A DNA stretch of 64,000 nucleotides from positions 1 through 64,000 of the forward strand of contig JAXMNT010000026.1 in assembly GCA_034670305.1 (NCBI GenBank). The letters are read 5' to 3'. The notes below the pieces were generated by a model. The model saw only the letters and a list, made by a program, of their open reading frames with translations, did not search any database and was not told the origin of the DNA. Shown piece after piece: positions 29,704 to 38,585 of this stretch (the first letter of the stretch is position 1; each line of letters starts with the position of its first letter). Made by a program: the position numbers and the translations under genes. The DNA comes from Deltaproteobacteria bacterium (GTDB lineage: Bacteria > Myxococcota_A > Polyangia > Polyangiales > Houyiibacteriaceae).

Positions 29704-30518
29704 GGCTTCTTGGCGGGCGCAGCGGGCGCGGCTTCGGGCCAGGGTCGGAACGGGGCGGCGAGGAGCGGAAAGATGCCTTCGGGCAGGTCTTCTTTCACGC
29801 CGAACTCTGTCGGCTGCTCGCCGGCCGGCAGGTGGTACGTGCGGAAGATCAGATCCCAAATCGGAAAGAACCCAGCGAAGTTCACGTGCAGGTCCTTCTG
29901 GTGGTGGAACCGGTGGAACGCCGGGCTCGCAATCACGTAGCGCAGCGGTCCGAACCGCCAGGGCACACTCGCGTGCAACACGATGCCGTGGATCAGAAAG
30001 AGCGGCGCGTAGACCGCGAAGGCCTTGAGCGGCAATCCCATCAGGAACAATGGGATGACCCGCAACACCGTGCCGAGCCCAGTGCCGATCGGATGCCCGC
30101 GCGCCGCAGCGAGCCAATCGACCGTCTTCGAGGAGTGGTGGATCGCGTGCAGTCGCCACAGCCGCTTCGACTTGTGAAAGAGGCGGTGGATCCAGTACCC
30201 GAGGAAGTCGGCGCAGAGCAGACCGATGAGGAGCTGCAGCGCGAACGGGAGCTCCTTCAGCGGACCGGCGCCGTGCTCCATGTGGTCCATGAATCGTTCG
30301 CGTCCGAGCGCCACGGCGGGCAGCAGCAGCGCACCGCCCACGAAGAGCGGCCGCGTGATGCGACTCATGAACCCCGCCACGGGCCACCAGAGGATCTCGC
30401 GGAAGAAGCCCCGAATCGATCGACGCGGCCCCTTCGGCGCTGGCCACTTCCACTGCACCAGCCCCATCAGGATCGCGAAGATCCCGAGACCGGTGAGTAT
30501 GCCGCCGAGGTTGGCCAT
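29700..30518 (-). CDS. sterol desaturase / fatty-acid hydroxylase family protein
   Basis: His boxes YWIHRLFH, HAIHH, HRFHH; VNFA..FPIWDLIFRT; start MANLGG. Confidence 0.88.
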   Translation of the reverse strand: MANLGGILTGLGIFAILMGLVQWKWPAPKGPRRSIRGFFREILWWPVAGFMSRITRPLFVGGALLLPAVALGRERFMDHMEHGAGPLKELPFALQLLIGLLCADFLGYWIHRLFHKSKRLWRLHAIHHSSKTVDWLAAARGHPIGTGLGTVLRVIPLFLMGLPLKAFAVYAPLFLIHGIVLHASVPWRFGPLRYVIASPAFHRFHHQKDLHVNFAGFFPIWDLIFRTYHLPAGEQPTEFGVKEDLPEGIFPLLAAPFRPWPEAAPAAPAKKP

Positions 30519-30585
30519 CCAGAGAGTGTACGCCCAAGTCGCGCGTGGCATTTCCCCCGAGCGGCAAGTCGGGCAGCATGCCCGC

Positions 30586-31506
30586 GTGACCGAGGGATCG
30601 AACCCGTTGTTTCTTCCGGCCCCAGCCATACCGCGCTGGCTCGAAACCCAGCTGCCGCCAGACACCCGCCGGCGCTGCGTTCGGGTCGGCGAACACGCGC
30701 TGCACGTGATGGAGTTCGGTCCCGCGGACGGACGAGCGGTCGTCTGCGTACACGGCAACCCGAGCTGGGGGTTTCTCTACCGGATGATCGGCGCCGCCCT
30801 GGCCGGCGAACCGTTCCGACTCATCGCACCCGATCTGGTGGGCCTGGGGCTGAGCGACAAACCCCGAGACGGCGCGATGCACACGCTCGACGCGCACGCA
30901 GGTTGGCTTGGTGGCGTCGTCGACGCGCTCGACCTCGAGGACGCGATCTTCGTCGGACAAGACTGGGGCGGACCGATCGGACTGCGCGCGTTCGCCGACC
31001 GGCCGAAGCGACTCTCGGGCATGGTGATCCTGAACACCGTCGTCGGGCCGCCGAAGCCAGGCTTTCGACCCACCGCATTCCACCGGTTCGCCCGGCTGCC
31101 GATCGTCAGCGACTTCGTCTTCGAGACCCTCGGCTTCCCGCAGAACGCGATGGGATTCGCGCAGGGCGACAGACGCAGCGTGCGTGGCGACGTGCGGCGC
31201 GCGTACATGTACCCGCTCCGGCGGCGCGACGAACGGACCGCGCCCCTGGCCCTGGCGCGCATGGTGCCGGACACCCAATCGCACCCATCGATCGAACCTC
31301 TGCGGCGCTGCCAAGAGTTCTTCGAAGCGTTCGAGGGTCCGGTCGCGATCGTGTGGGGCGATCGCGATCCGGTGCTCGGCTCCGTGCGCAGCTGGATCGA
31401 GAAGCTGCGCCCCGACGCCCACGTCACCCGCACCGAAGCCGGTCACTTTCTCCAAGAAGAAGTACCCGACGAGATCGCCGACGCGGTGCGCCGCGTCGCC
31501 TCATGA
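30586..31506 (+). CDS. haloalkane dehalogenase/OleB-like alpha/beta hydrolase
   Basis: HGNPSWGFLYR, APDLVGLGLSDKP, QDWGGPIG, GHFLQEE. Confidence 0.85.
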   Translation: MTEGSNPLFLPAPAIPRWLETQLPPDTRRRCVRVGEHALHVMEFGPADGRAVVCVHGNPSWGFLYRMIGAALAGEPFRLIAPDLVGLGLSDKPRDGAMHTLDAHAGWLGGVVDALDLEDAIFVGQDWGGPIGLRAFADRPKRLSGMVILNTVVGPPKPGFRPTAFHRFARLPIVSDFVFETLGFPQNAMGFAQGDRRSVRGDVRRAYMYPLRRRDERTAPLALARMVPDTQSHPSIEPLRRCQEFFEAFEGPVAIVWGDRDPVLGSVRSWIEKLRPDAHVTRTEAGHFLQEEVPDEIADAVRRVAS

Positions 31507-31521
31507 GCGCGCTGCCGAGAT

Positions 31522-31857
31522 TCAGCGGCGGCGGCGACCGAAGAGAGCGACCAGACCGAACATCCACGCGGCGCCCGCGCCCTCGCCCGCTGCTGAACAG
31601 CCGCCGGAGGGGGCAGGGGCTGGCGGTGCTTCGCCTTCGACGCAGTGACCTCCTTGTCCGCGTTCGTACGGCTCCCAATGGGTCCCCTCGCCGCACGCCA
31701 CACATTCACCGTCGTGGGCGCCCTGCCACTCTTCGCCTTCGGGACATGGGAACGGAGGCACGACGTCGGCCGAAGCCCAGGCCGGCGCGAGACACACGGC
31801 GACCATCCCTGCGATCAGGACGAGTCGAGCGAAGACGGATGGCGCGGAACGGTTCAT
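31522..31857 (-). CDS. small secreted Cys-rich protein with MYXO-CTERM tail
   Basis: signal ending AWASA-DVVPP; two C-x-EG-x-x-W-x(5-8)-C units; GGCSAAG..AAW..LVALFGRRRR. Confidence 0.75.
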   Translation of the reverse strand: MNRSAPSVFARLVLIAGMVAVCLAPAWASADVVPPFPCPEGEEWQGAHDGECVACGEGTHWEPYERGQGGHCVEGEAPPAPAPSGGCSAAGEGAGAAWMFGLVALFGRRRR

Positions 31858-31894
31858 GGAATCGGAGTGTACCAGCGAGACGTTGGTGCCCGGC

Positions 31895-32731
31895 ATGACC
31901 GCGCTTCGAGAGCACGCGACTCAGCGCCGCGCCGACCTCCGCTTGGCAGCGGGACTGCTCGCCCTCATTGTGGGGACCGTGTTCGGACTCGTGACGTTGC
32001 AGCGCGCGCTGCTCTTTCCGCGCCCTCGCGTGGCCGTTGCCGCGCCGCCACCGAACACCGAGGACTTCGAAGCGTGGTGGATCGAATCCCCGGAGGGACC
32101 GGTCGAAGCGTGGTTCTTGCGCGGCCGGAACGTCACCGGCCCAAGCCCCGTCGTCCTGTTCACCCACGGCAACGGAGAGCTCATCGACTTCTGGCGGGAC
32201 GAGATGAACCCGTGGCTCGACATGGGCGTCAGCGTCGTGCTCGCGGAGTACCGCGGCTACGGACGCAGCGCCGGCAGCCCGAGCGAAGCCCACATCGCAG
32301 CGGATCTTCGGCTGCTGCACGCGAAGATGGTCGCCCACCCCCTCATCGACCCGGCGCGCATCGTCTACCACGGGCGTTCGCTTGGCGGCGGCGCCGTCGG
32401 CACGCTCCTGCGTTCCCACGCGCCGCGCGCGTTGATTCTCGAGTCCACCTTCACCAGCGTCACCGATCTGGTGGCGGCGATGCGGCTTCCGCGATCGCTG
32501 ATGGTCGACCGCTTCGAGACCCTGCCCGCCCTCGCGGAGTACAACGGCCCGCTGCTCGTCGTGCACGGCGAACACGACCGCGTGATCCCCGTCGCGCATG
32601 GACGACGCCTCGCGCAAGCCAGGCCCGGATCCGAACTCCTGCTCTACGACTGCGGCCACAACGACCTCCCCCACGACGCCCGCTACTGGCAAACGATGCG
32701 CACGTTCCTCGAACGCGCGAACGTGCTGTAG
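31895..32731 (+). CDS. membrane-anchored alpha/beta hydrolase (ABHD12/13/17-like)
   Basis: N-terminal TM, HGNGE, EYRGYGRS, GRSLGG, HGEHDRVIP, GHND. Confidence 0.85.
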   Translation: MTALREHATQRRADLRLAAGLLALIVGTVFGLVTLQRALLFPRPRVAVAAPPPNTEDFEAWWIESPEGPVEAWFLRGRNVTGPSPVVLFTHGNGELIDFWRDEMNPWLDMGVSVVLAEYRGYGRSAGSPSEAHIAADLRLLHAKMVAHPLIDPARIVYHGRSLGGGAVGTLLRSHAPRALILESTFTSVTDLVAAMRLPRSLMVDRFETLPALAEYNGPLLVVHGEHDRVIPVAHGRRLAQARPGSELLLYDCGHNDLPHDARYWQTMRTFLERANVL

Positions 32732-32763
32732 CAACGCCGCCAGCTTCGGCTCCATCACACGAA

Positions 32764-32790
32764 AGCGGAGCGCCCAACGGACGCTCCGCT
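32764..32790. terminator. hairpin between convergent genes
   Basis: agcggagcg (32764-72) / cgctccgct (32782-90) inverted repeat; no clear U-tract. Confidence 0.5.
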
Positions 32791-32803
32791 CAGCTTCGCC
32801 AAG

Positions 32804-33115
32804 CTATCCGCGACTAAGCTTGAACAACATCGCGCAGACGTGGTCCGCCAGGTCGTAGACCTCGTCGCTCGCCTCCACGTACCCCATCACGCCTGCGACC
32901 TGCAGAGCCGCCTTCACTTCGCGGGCCTCGCCAAGAGCTCGAGAAAAGCCGTCCGGGTTCCGCCCCCCGCGCGCGCTCCGCGACTCGGCGATCAAGAGCG
33001 GGACCGCCTGCGCGGCGCGCCGGAGTTGCGACTTGAGACTCGCCTCGCGAATGCGAGGCAGAACCTCGCGAACCAGCGTAGAAAGCAGAAGCAGCGACTT
33101 GTCGAATACCAGCAT
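32804..33115 (-). CDS. four-helix-bundle protein (23S rRNA IVS protein / bAvd-like family)
   Basis: QLRRAAQAVPLLIAE, FSRALGEAREV..AL, GY, ML.KL; SD GGGAGG 5 nt before ATG. Confidence 0.8.
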   Translation of the reverse strand: MLVFDKSLLLLSTLVREVLPRIREASLKSQLRRAAQAVPLLIAESRSARGGRNPDGFSRALGEAREVKAALQVAGVMGYVEASDEVYDLADHVCAMLFKLSRG

Positions 33116-33176
33116 GTTGACCTCCCGGTCGTTGTGCGCCGAGCGTGAACTCGCCCGAGGGCGCGCAGCGCCCCCC

Positions 33177-33270
33177 AGCGGTCTGGGCGGTGCCGGGTCA
33201 AGGACGAGCGAAGCGAAGCCAGCGAAGCTGGGGCCGAAGGCCTCCTTTACGCGGTGCCGCCCAGACCGCT
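33177..33270. other. long imperfect hairpin upstream of the four-helix-bundle gene
   Basis: perfect 14-bp IR agcggtctgggcgg (33177-90) / ccgcccagaccgct (33257-70), extendable inward; inner aagga/tcctt pair; three GCGAAGC in the loop. Confidence 0.7.
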
Positions 33271-33339
33271 ACGGTCGGACAACCCACGGGCCAGCCAAAC
33301 CCTCCCGAGAAGGGGGCGGAAGCTACGGGGTGCGTCGCT

Positions 33340-33425
33340 GTCGGCATCGGCATCGGCCGGCATCGGCTTCGGTATCGGCTTCGGCTTCGGCGTCGGCTTC
33401 GCCGTCGGCGTCGGCGTCGGCTCGG
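33340..33425. repeat. (ATCGGC/TTCGGC/GTCGGC)n hexamer array
   Basis: read directly; lies in the divergent gap between 33115(-) and 33477(+). Confidence 0.85.
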
Positions 33426-33476
33426 GAAGTCTGCTCGAGCACGCAACCGGCGGCCCACGGTTTCGAGGAGGGACCC

Positions 33477-34139
33477 ATGCACTCCCTCTCCCCCTGGGCG
33501 ACCTCGGTCGCCTGTCTTCTTCTCTGGGTGGCCTCCGCGTGTCCTTCGCCGGCCGCCGCTCAGTCCCGCTGGAACACGCCGGTGCTCGAAGGGCACATCG
33601 AGGAGCACGCGCCCCGGCGCGACGAACTCGGCTACTTCCGCGTCCCGCGCCTCGAGATCGCCGCCGACGGGGGCGGGTCGCTCGGCGACGCCGCGCTCGA
33701 CCGGTTCCACGCGGTCGGCACACTCCGCCTGCACGTGCCGCTCGGCGCCGCGGTCGTCGTGGGCGGGGAGGCGCGAAGCGGCGTGCTGTTCTTCCCACGC
33801 GACCTGTCGGACTTGAACGACGAACTCGAGTTCACCCGCCGCACCGACGTGGCGTTCTTCGCTCGGCTCCGCGCCACGTTCGCACGCACGACGATCTTCG
33901 TCGGCGGCGACTTCGGCTGGTCGCGCGTGGCTCCGGAGGATCAGTCTGCCGGGAGTGCGCGCGATGGTCTCGTCGCCGGACCTCAGGTGGGTGTGGAGGT
34001 CGGCACCTTCGTTCGGACTTCTCTGACGGCCAGCTGGCGCGTCTATCGATACGGCGAAGCCGACCTCGACGGCAGCCGCGGGCACTCGGAGTTCTCGTTC
34101 GGCCTGGGGTTGCAGATCCCGATCTGGAGGGTCCGATGA
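33477..34139 (+). CDS. secreted protein, probable small outer-membrane beta-barrel
   Basis: SD GAGGAGG; signal ending AAA-Q; alternating amphipathic strands, terminal [10 protein letters not shown]. Confidence 0.6.
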   Translation: MHSLSPWATSVACLLLWVASACPSPAAAQSRWNTPVLEGHIEEHAPRRDELGYFRVPRLEIAADGGGSLGDAALDRFHAVGTLRLHVPLGAAVVVGGEARSGVLFFPRDLSDLNDELEFTRRTDVAFFARLRATFARTTIFVGGDFGWSRVAPEDQSAGSARDGLVAGPQVGVEVGTFVRTSLTASWRVYRYGEADLDGSRGHSEFSFGLGLQIPIWRVR

Positions 34140-34924
34140 ACCGCGCCCGTCCACTCTGCGTGTGGTTGGCGCTGTTGCTGGTCGGATGCATCCGGGGCGA
34201 AACGCTTCGTCCGGTCCACGACGTGCGCACGCACCTGGCCAGCGAGTTCGACTGCGACCTCTCCGAGATCGACGTCTCGCCCCTCGGCCTGCCCTTCTTC
34301 GAGGATCCCTTCTTCACCGATCACGCGCACTACCGGGCGCGCGGTTGCGGACATGTCGTGGACTTCGAGTGCCCGGCGTTCGGCGCGTCGCAACCGTGCG
34401 TCCCCGTGCATCCCTACGAGACGGCCCACGCCTCGACGCCCCAAGCCACGGTGCGCTGGCTCAGCAATTACCCCGCCGCACACACGTACGCCGCACGCGA
34501 AGAGATCCACGTCGGCAACCAGGGACGGATCGTACGCGCCGTCCGCCAGGGCGAACACGCGCTGGGCATCTCGGTCGCCGCCGAACCCGCGGTGTGGCGC
34601 GTTCAGGCGGCGCAGATCGGGCTGCGGTCGGAGCAGTACACCTACCGCTCGCAGGAATCGTGTGGAAGCAACTGCACCCGGACCATCACGGGCGTCGGGT
34701 ACCGCAGCGTCAAGGTGCTCGAACATCCGTGCCACCTCGAGTTCCAGTTCCGCCCGAGCCCCGGGGGCTCGTACCGGATTGGTTTTGCCCACGCACCGCG
34801 CGGCCAGACCGCGGTGCAAGCACCGGTCGGGGTCACGGGACCAACCGCTGCGTGCGAGGTCGCCTGCGTGCGCGACGACGGGGGCGTCGACCGTGCGTGC
34901 GAAGGCTTCCAGCCGCTCCGCTGA
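34136..34924 (+). CDS. hypothetical Cys-rich lipoprotein
   Basis: LLLVGC lipobox; EFDC...ARGCG...FEC motif; ATGA overlap with the upstream gene. Confidence 0.65.
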   Translation: MNRARPLCVWLALLLVGCIRGETLRPVHDVRTHLASEFDCDLSEIDVSPLGLPFFEDPFFTDHAHYRARGCGHVVDFECPAFGASQPCVPVHPYETAHASTPQATVRWLSNYPAAHTYAAREEIHVGNQGRIVRAVRQGEHALGISVAAEPAVWRVQAAQIGLRSEQYTYRSQESCGSNCTRTITGVGYRSVKVLEHPCHLEFQFRPSPGGSYRIGFAHAPRGQTAVQAPVGVTGPTAACEVACVRDDGGVDRACEGFQPLR

Positions 34925-34976
34925 GCCGCGCGTAGCGGTCCCGGTGACATGCCTCGCTCGCTTCGCTCGACTTCGC

Positions 34977-35008
34977 CGTGTCGGCCGACACGCCGGTCTG
35001 ACTTTTTT
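34977..35008 (+). terminator. palindrome plus T-run, candidate intrinsic terminator
   Basis: perfect 16-bp palindrome cgtgtcggccgacacg (34977-92), T6 at 35003-08. Confidence 0.45.
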
Positions 35009-35086
35009 GTCGTGACCCCCGTCCCACCCTGACAACGCATTCGAAGCACTCGGGTTCGAAGCGACTGGCTCAAGACAGGGGACGGC

Positions 35087-35638
35087 ATGCAGAAGTGGAT
35101 CGGGATCGGGTTGGCGTTGGCGATGACGATGGGGCTCGGCGCAGGCGCCGATGCCCAACGCGGACAGCGCGGGCAGCGCGGACAACGCGGATACGTGCAA
35201 CAGGGCGCTCACGGCCACGGGCACGCCCATCGCCGGCGCGGACGCGGACACCGACCGCGAGGGCACCACCGAGCGGCGCCCAACTGCCGCGCGACCCTCG
35301 TCCAGGTCGGCCACCACCCCGTCAACGCAGGCTACTGCGAGCGAGCCGAACCCTACTGCGCCGACGCGCTGCTCCGCGCCGGCCACCACCCCGTCAACCT
35401 CGGCTACTGCGCCAACGTCGAACCCGTCTGCGCGTCGTCTCTCCTGCAGGCCGGCCACCACCCCGTGAACCTTGGCTACTGCAGCAGCACCCGCGCCGAA
35501 CCCTACTGCGCCCAGGCCCTCCTCCAAGCCGGCCACCACCCCGTCAACCTCGGCTACTGCGCCAACGTGGAACCCAACTGCGCCGTCTCCGTCCTCCAAA
35601 GCGGCCGCCACCCCGTCAACCTCGGCTACTGCCGCTGA
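35087..35638 (+). CDS. secreted His/Cys repeat protein (5x C-x7[10 protein letters not shown])
   Basis: signal peptide ending ADA-Q, QRG/His/Arg-rich linker, five repeats of about 24 aa; GC3-rich codons. Confidence 0.8.
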   Translation: MQKWIGIGLALAMTMGLGAGADAQRGQRGQRGQRGYVQQGAHGHGHAHRRRGRGHRPRGHHRAAPNCRATLVQVGHHPVNAGYCERAEPYCADALLRAGHHPVNLGYCANVEPVCASSLLQAGHHPVNLGYCSSTRAEPYCAQALLQAGHHPVNLGYCANVEPNCAVSVLQSGRHPVNLGYCR

Positions 35639-35641
35639 CAC

Positions 35642-35873
35642 CACCGGCACCGGCACCGGCACCGGCACCGACGGCCTCGGCCTCGGCATCGGCATCGGCA
35701 TCGGCTTCGGCATCGGCTTCGCCATCGGCATCGGCATCGGCTTCGGCATCGGCTTCGGCATCGGAGTCGGCTTCGGCATCGGCTTCGGCATCGGCATCGG
35801 CATCGGCATCGGCTTCGGCATCGGCATCGGCTTCGGAGTCGGCCTCGGCTTCGGCTTCGGAGTCGGCCTCGGC
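35642..35873. repeat. composite hexamer array: (ACCGGC)n then (NTCGGC)n
   Basis: read directly; begins just after the stop at 35638. Confidence 0.93.
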
Positions 35874-36213
35874 CGCCAGTCCCGCGAAGCGAGCCAGGCC
35901 CGAACAGCGCCCACGAGTCAGGCGACTCGCTGACGTGCACCTGCGCAGCCCGCAGGGCGAGCAACTGGTGCACTCCCCAAGTGATCCCAGAGCGCCGAAC
36001 CGACACGGTGCAGCCGAGCGAAGCGAGCCAGCCGTGTCCCCGGGACGGGGTTTGGGGGCCGTGCCCCCAAGCAAGCAAAAGGAGCGCCTGGACGCGCGCA
36101 GCCGCCAAGCGTCCCAATTGCTTCTTCATCGCACACGCTGAAGGCGGCGAGCACGTGCAGGCAGCGACGGGCGCGAATTAGGGCCGCCAGTCCCGCGAAG
36201 CGGGCCAGGCCCG
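35871..36213. repeat. non-coding element flanked by 32-bp direct repeats
   Basis: ggccgccagtcccgcgaagcgRgccaggcccg at 35871-35902 and 36182-36213 (1 mismatch); internal ttgggggc-cgt-gcccccaa hairpin. Confidence 0.75.
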
Positions 36214-36244
36214 TAGTGTTAATGAATGAAGTGTACACTCAGGC

Positions 36245-37057
36245 ATGCGGGTCGCCTGGGGCACCGACATTCACCTCAACTTCGTCGGCGCCGATGGCGC
36301 GCGCCTCTATGGACAGCAGGTGGCGCGGACCCGGCCGGACGCGTTCATCGTCAGCGGCGACATCGCCGAAGCCACGAACCTCACGCCGTTGCTCCGCACG
36401 ATGGCCGAGGGCGCCCGCCTCCCGTGCGACTTCGTGCTCGGCAACCACGACTTCTACCGGAGCGACATCGACACGGTGCGCGCCGAGATGACCGCGCTCT
36501 CTGCATCCATCGGCTCGTACCTCTCGGTCCAGCCGGCCCGCGAGCTGATGGATGGCGTCGCGATCACGGGCGTCGACGGATGGGGCGATGCACGTCTCGG
36601 CAACCCCGAGGGCACGGACGTGCGCCTGAACGACTTCTTGATGATCCGCGATCTCGCGACGCCGGATTGGAGCGAGCTGCTCGCCCGCTTGCGTCGGCTC
36701 GGAGATCAGGAAGCTGCGCTCGCACAGACCCGGCTCGACGAGGCCTTTCAACTGGCCAAGCACGTGCTCTTCGTGACCCATGTGCCGCCGTTTCGCGCCG
36801 CGTGCTGGCACGACGGCGAGGTCTCGAACGACGCGTGGTTGCCCTTCTTCACCTGCGACGCGGTGGGCAAGGTGTTGCGCCACGCAGCCCGCGAGAATCC
36901 CGACCGGCACATCACGGTGCTCTGTGGGCACACCCACAGCGCAGGCGAAGTCCACGTCGGACCGAACCTGCACGTCTTCACCGGACGCGCCGACTACGGC
37001 ACGCCGGCGTTCGACCTGCTCGAAGTCAGCGCGACCGGCGTCGGCTTCGCCGACTGA
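36245..37057 (+). CDS. calcineurin-like metallophosphoesterase
   Basis: TDIH, SGD, GNHD, THVPP, GHTH. Confidence 0.88.
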   Translation: MRVAWGTDIHLNFVGADGARLYGQQVARTRPDAFIVSGDIAEATNLTPLLRTMAEGARLPCDFVLGNHDFYRSDIDTVRAEMTALSASIGSYLSVQPARELMDGVAITGVDGWGDARLGNPEGTDVRLNDFLMIRDLATPDWSELLARLRRLGDQEAALAQTRLDEAFQLAKHVLFVTHVPPFRAACWHDGEVSNDAWLPFFTCDAVGKVLRHAARENPDRHITVLCGHTHSAGEVHVGPNLHVFTGRADYGTPAFDLLEVSATGVGFAD

Positions 37058-38585
37058 GTCCGACGCACACCACGCCGAACCACGCCCACGCTGCGCCCTG
37101 CGTACCTCCGGCGGAACAACCACCGACCACGAGGCCGCCCGTCGGGGTCATCGCGGAAGCGTCGCCACCGGTCGGTCCGGCGTCTGCACTCGGGCCGGCG
37201 TCACTGCCCGGTCCCGCGTCTCGCGCACCGGCGTCCACGCCGCACGCGTCGACACCATCGCAGTTCTGGTCGATGCCGTCGCCGCACATGTCCGCTGCGC
37301 CCGGGTAGATGGTCGCGTCGGTGTCGTCGCAGTCCACGCTCGTGTTGTGTCCATCCCCGTCCGCGTCGGCCGGTCCGCCGGGATCGCATTCGCCCGCCGC
37401 ACAGCCCGCGCACGCCTCGCGTTCCACCGCGCCGCCGCTGCAGCGCACCCGCTCGGCGCCCTCGCAGGTCCAGTCCGCGCCGATGTCCGCCGGGCAGCGC
37501 CCCGCCACCGTCGTGATCCGGATCTGGAGCAAGTCGTCCGCGGGACCGCCGCTGTCGGAGAACCACGCGACGCCTTCTTCGACCAGGTTGAAGAACTGCG
37601 GGTAGTCGCCAGGCGCGTCGGGCGCGCGCACGGTGAAGGAGAACCGGCCGACTTCGCCCGGCGGGGTGTTGGCGTCGGGTCCGGTGACCCGGTGACCACC
37701 GAGCCAGTCGCTGCCCTGCATGGGGCTCGTGGCGTCGCGCGGGTTGCTGGTGCCGAGTCGGGTGTTGCTCGTCCAGGTCTCCGATCCGGTGTTGCGCAGA
37801 TCGATGTGCCCGGTGACCACTTCTCCCGGCGCGAGCTCGAACGGTGCGCTCGCGAGCGGGAAGGTCTGGTCGACATACTGTGCGCGGTACGCCGGCGGGC
37901 CGACGAGCTCCTGGTACGACTCGACGAGCGACATGTACGTGGGCGCGTAGACCGTGCCGACGCCGGAGACGTTCATCCGGATGTTGAAGTGCAGGTGGAT
38001 GGTGGTGGAGGTGCCGCCGAAGTCGTTGCTCACGAGACCGAGGCGCTGACCGCGCGTGACCCGCTGTCCGCGCGTCACGGCCAAGCGGCGACTGTTCATG
38101 TGCAGGTAGTCGTAGCGGCGTCCGTCGTCGCCGGTCACGTAGACCGAGTAGCTGCCGATGTTGGTGACCGTGCCGGGCGCGCCGGCGACCACCCAGTGCA
38201 CGCTGTCGGTGCACGTCGCGGGGCGGATGTCTTGGCCCTGATGGCCCTGTCCACTCGGGCACAGCGGCATGTCCCAGCTGCGGCTCTCGCAGTAGTTGTC
38301 GTACCAGGGGTAGCTGTAGTTCCGGGTGTCGCACTGGCCGCCGCTCGGACCCATGTAGCCGCCCGGGCCGTAGATCTGCGAGTTCGCGTAGGCCGGCCCG
38401 GCTTCCATCGGAAAGCGCATGCCGGGTGCGTACACTCGGGCGTCCACTCGGCCGGCACCGGCGCGTGGTGCACCGCCACCCGCACTCATCAGGGTGCCAG
38501 CAGGCTCCCATCGGAACTGGGCCTCGGCAGGCGCCGCCAGAGACGCCGCCGCCACCGCCATCACACCGAGCAGCGCGCGGTTCAC
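37026..38585 (-). CDS. M23 metallopeptidase plus NBR1-Ig-like domain, MopE motif and MYXO-CTERM
   Basis: signal ending AEA-Q; HQGQD (HxxxD), YLHM, HLHF; LRNTGSETW...GEVGRFSF; DADGDG..DCDD..DQNCDG; GGCS..TM..RRSRRR. Confidence 0.85.
   Translation of the reverse strand: MNRALLGVMAVAAASLAAPAEAQFRWEPAGTLMSAGGGAPRAGAGRVDARVYAPGMRFPMEAGPAYANSQIYGPGGYMGPSGGQCDTRNYSYPWYDNYCESRSWDMPLCPSGQGHQGQDIRPATCTDSVHWVVAGAPGTVTNIGSYSVYVTGDDGRRYDYLHMNSRRLAVTRGQRVTRGQRLGLVSNDFGGTSTTIHLHFNIRMNVSGVGTVYAPTYMSLVESYQELVGPPAYRAQYVDQTFPLASAPFELAPGEVVTGHIDLRNTGSETWTSNTRLGTSNPRDATSPMQGSDWLGGHRVTGPDANTPPGEVGRFSFTVRAPDAPGDYPQFFNLVEEGVAWFSDSGGPADDLLQIRITTVAGRCPADIGADWTCEGAERVRCSGGAVEREACAGCAAGECDPGGPADADGDGHNTSVDCDDTDATIYPGAADMCGDGIDQNCDGVDACGVDAGARDAGPGSDAGPSADAGPTGGDASAMTPTGGLVVGGCSAGGTQGAAWAWFGVVCVGLSRRSRRRSR

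Noticed and set aside
35300-35635. CRISPR-like periodicity (about 33-nt repeat every 72-78 nt)
   Set aside because: The repeats are in-frame codons with synonymous variation, the intervening segments are homologous to each other, and there are no cas genes
32804-35638. Diversity-generating retroelement suggested by the Avd-like gene and nearby repeats
   Set aside because: No reverse transcriptase in the window and no TR/VR pair with adenine-specific mismatches seen
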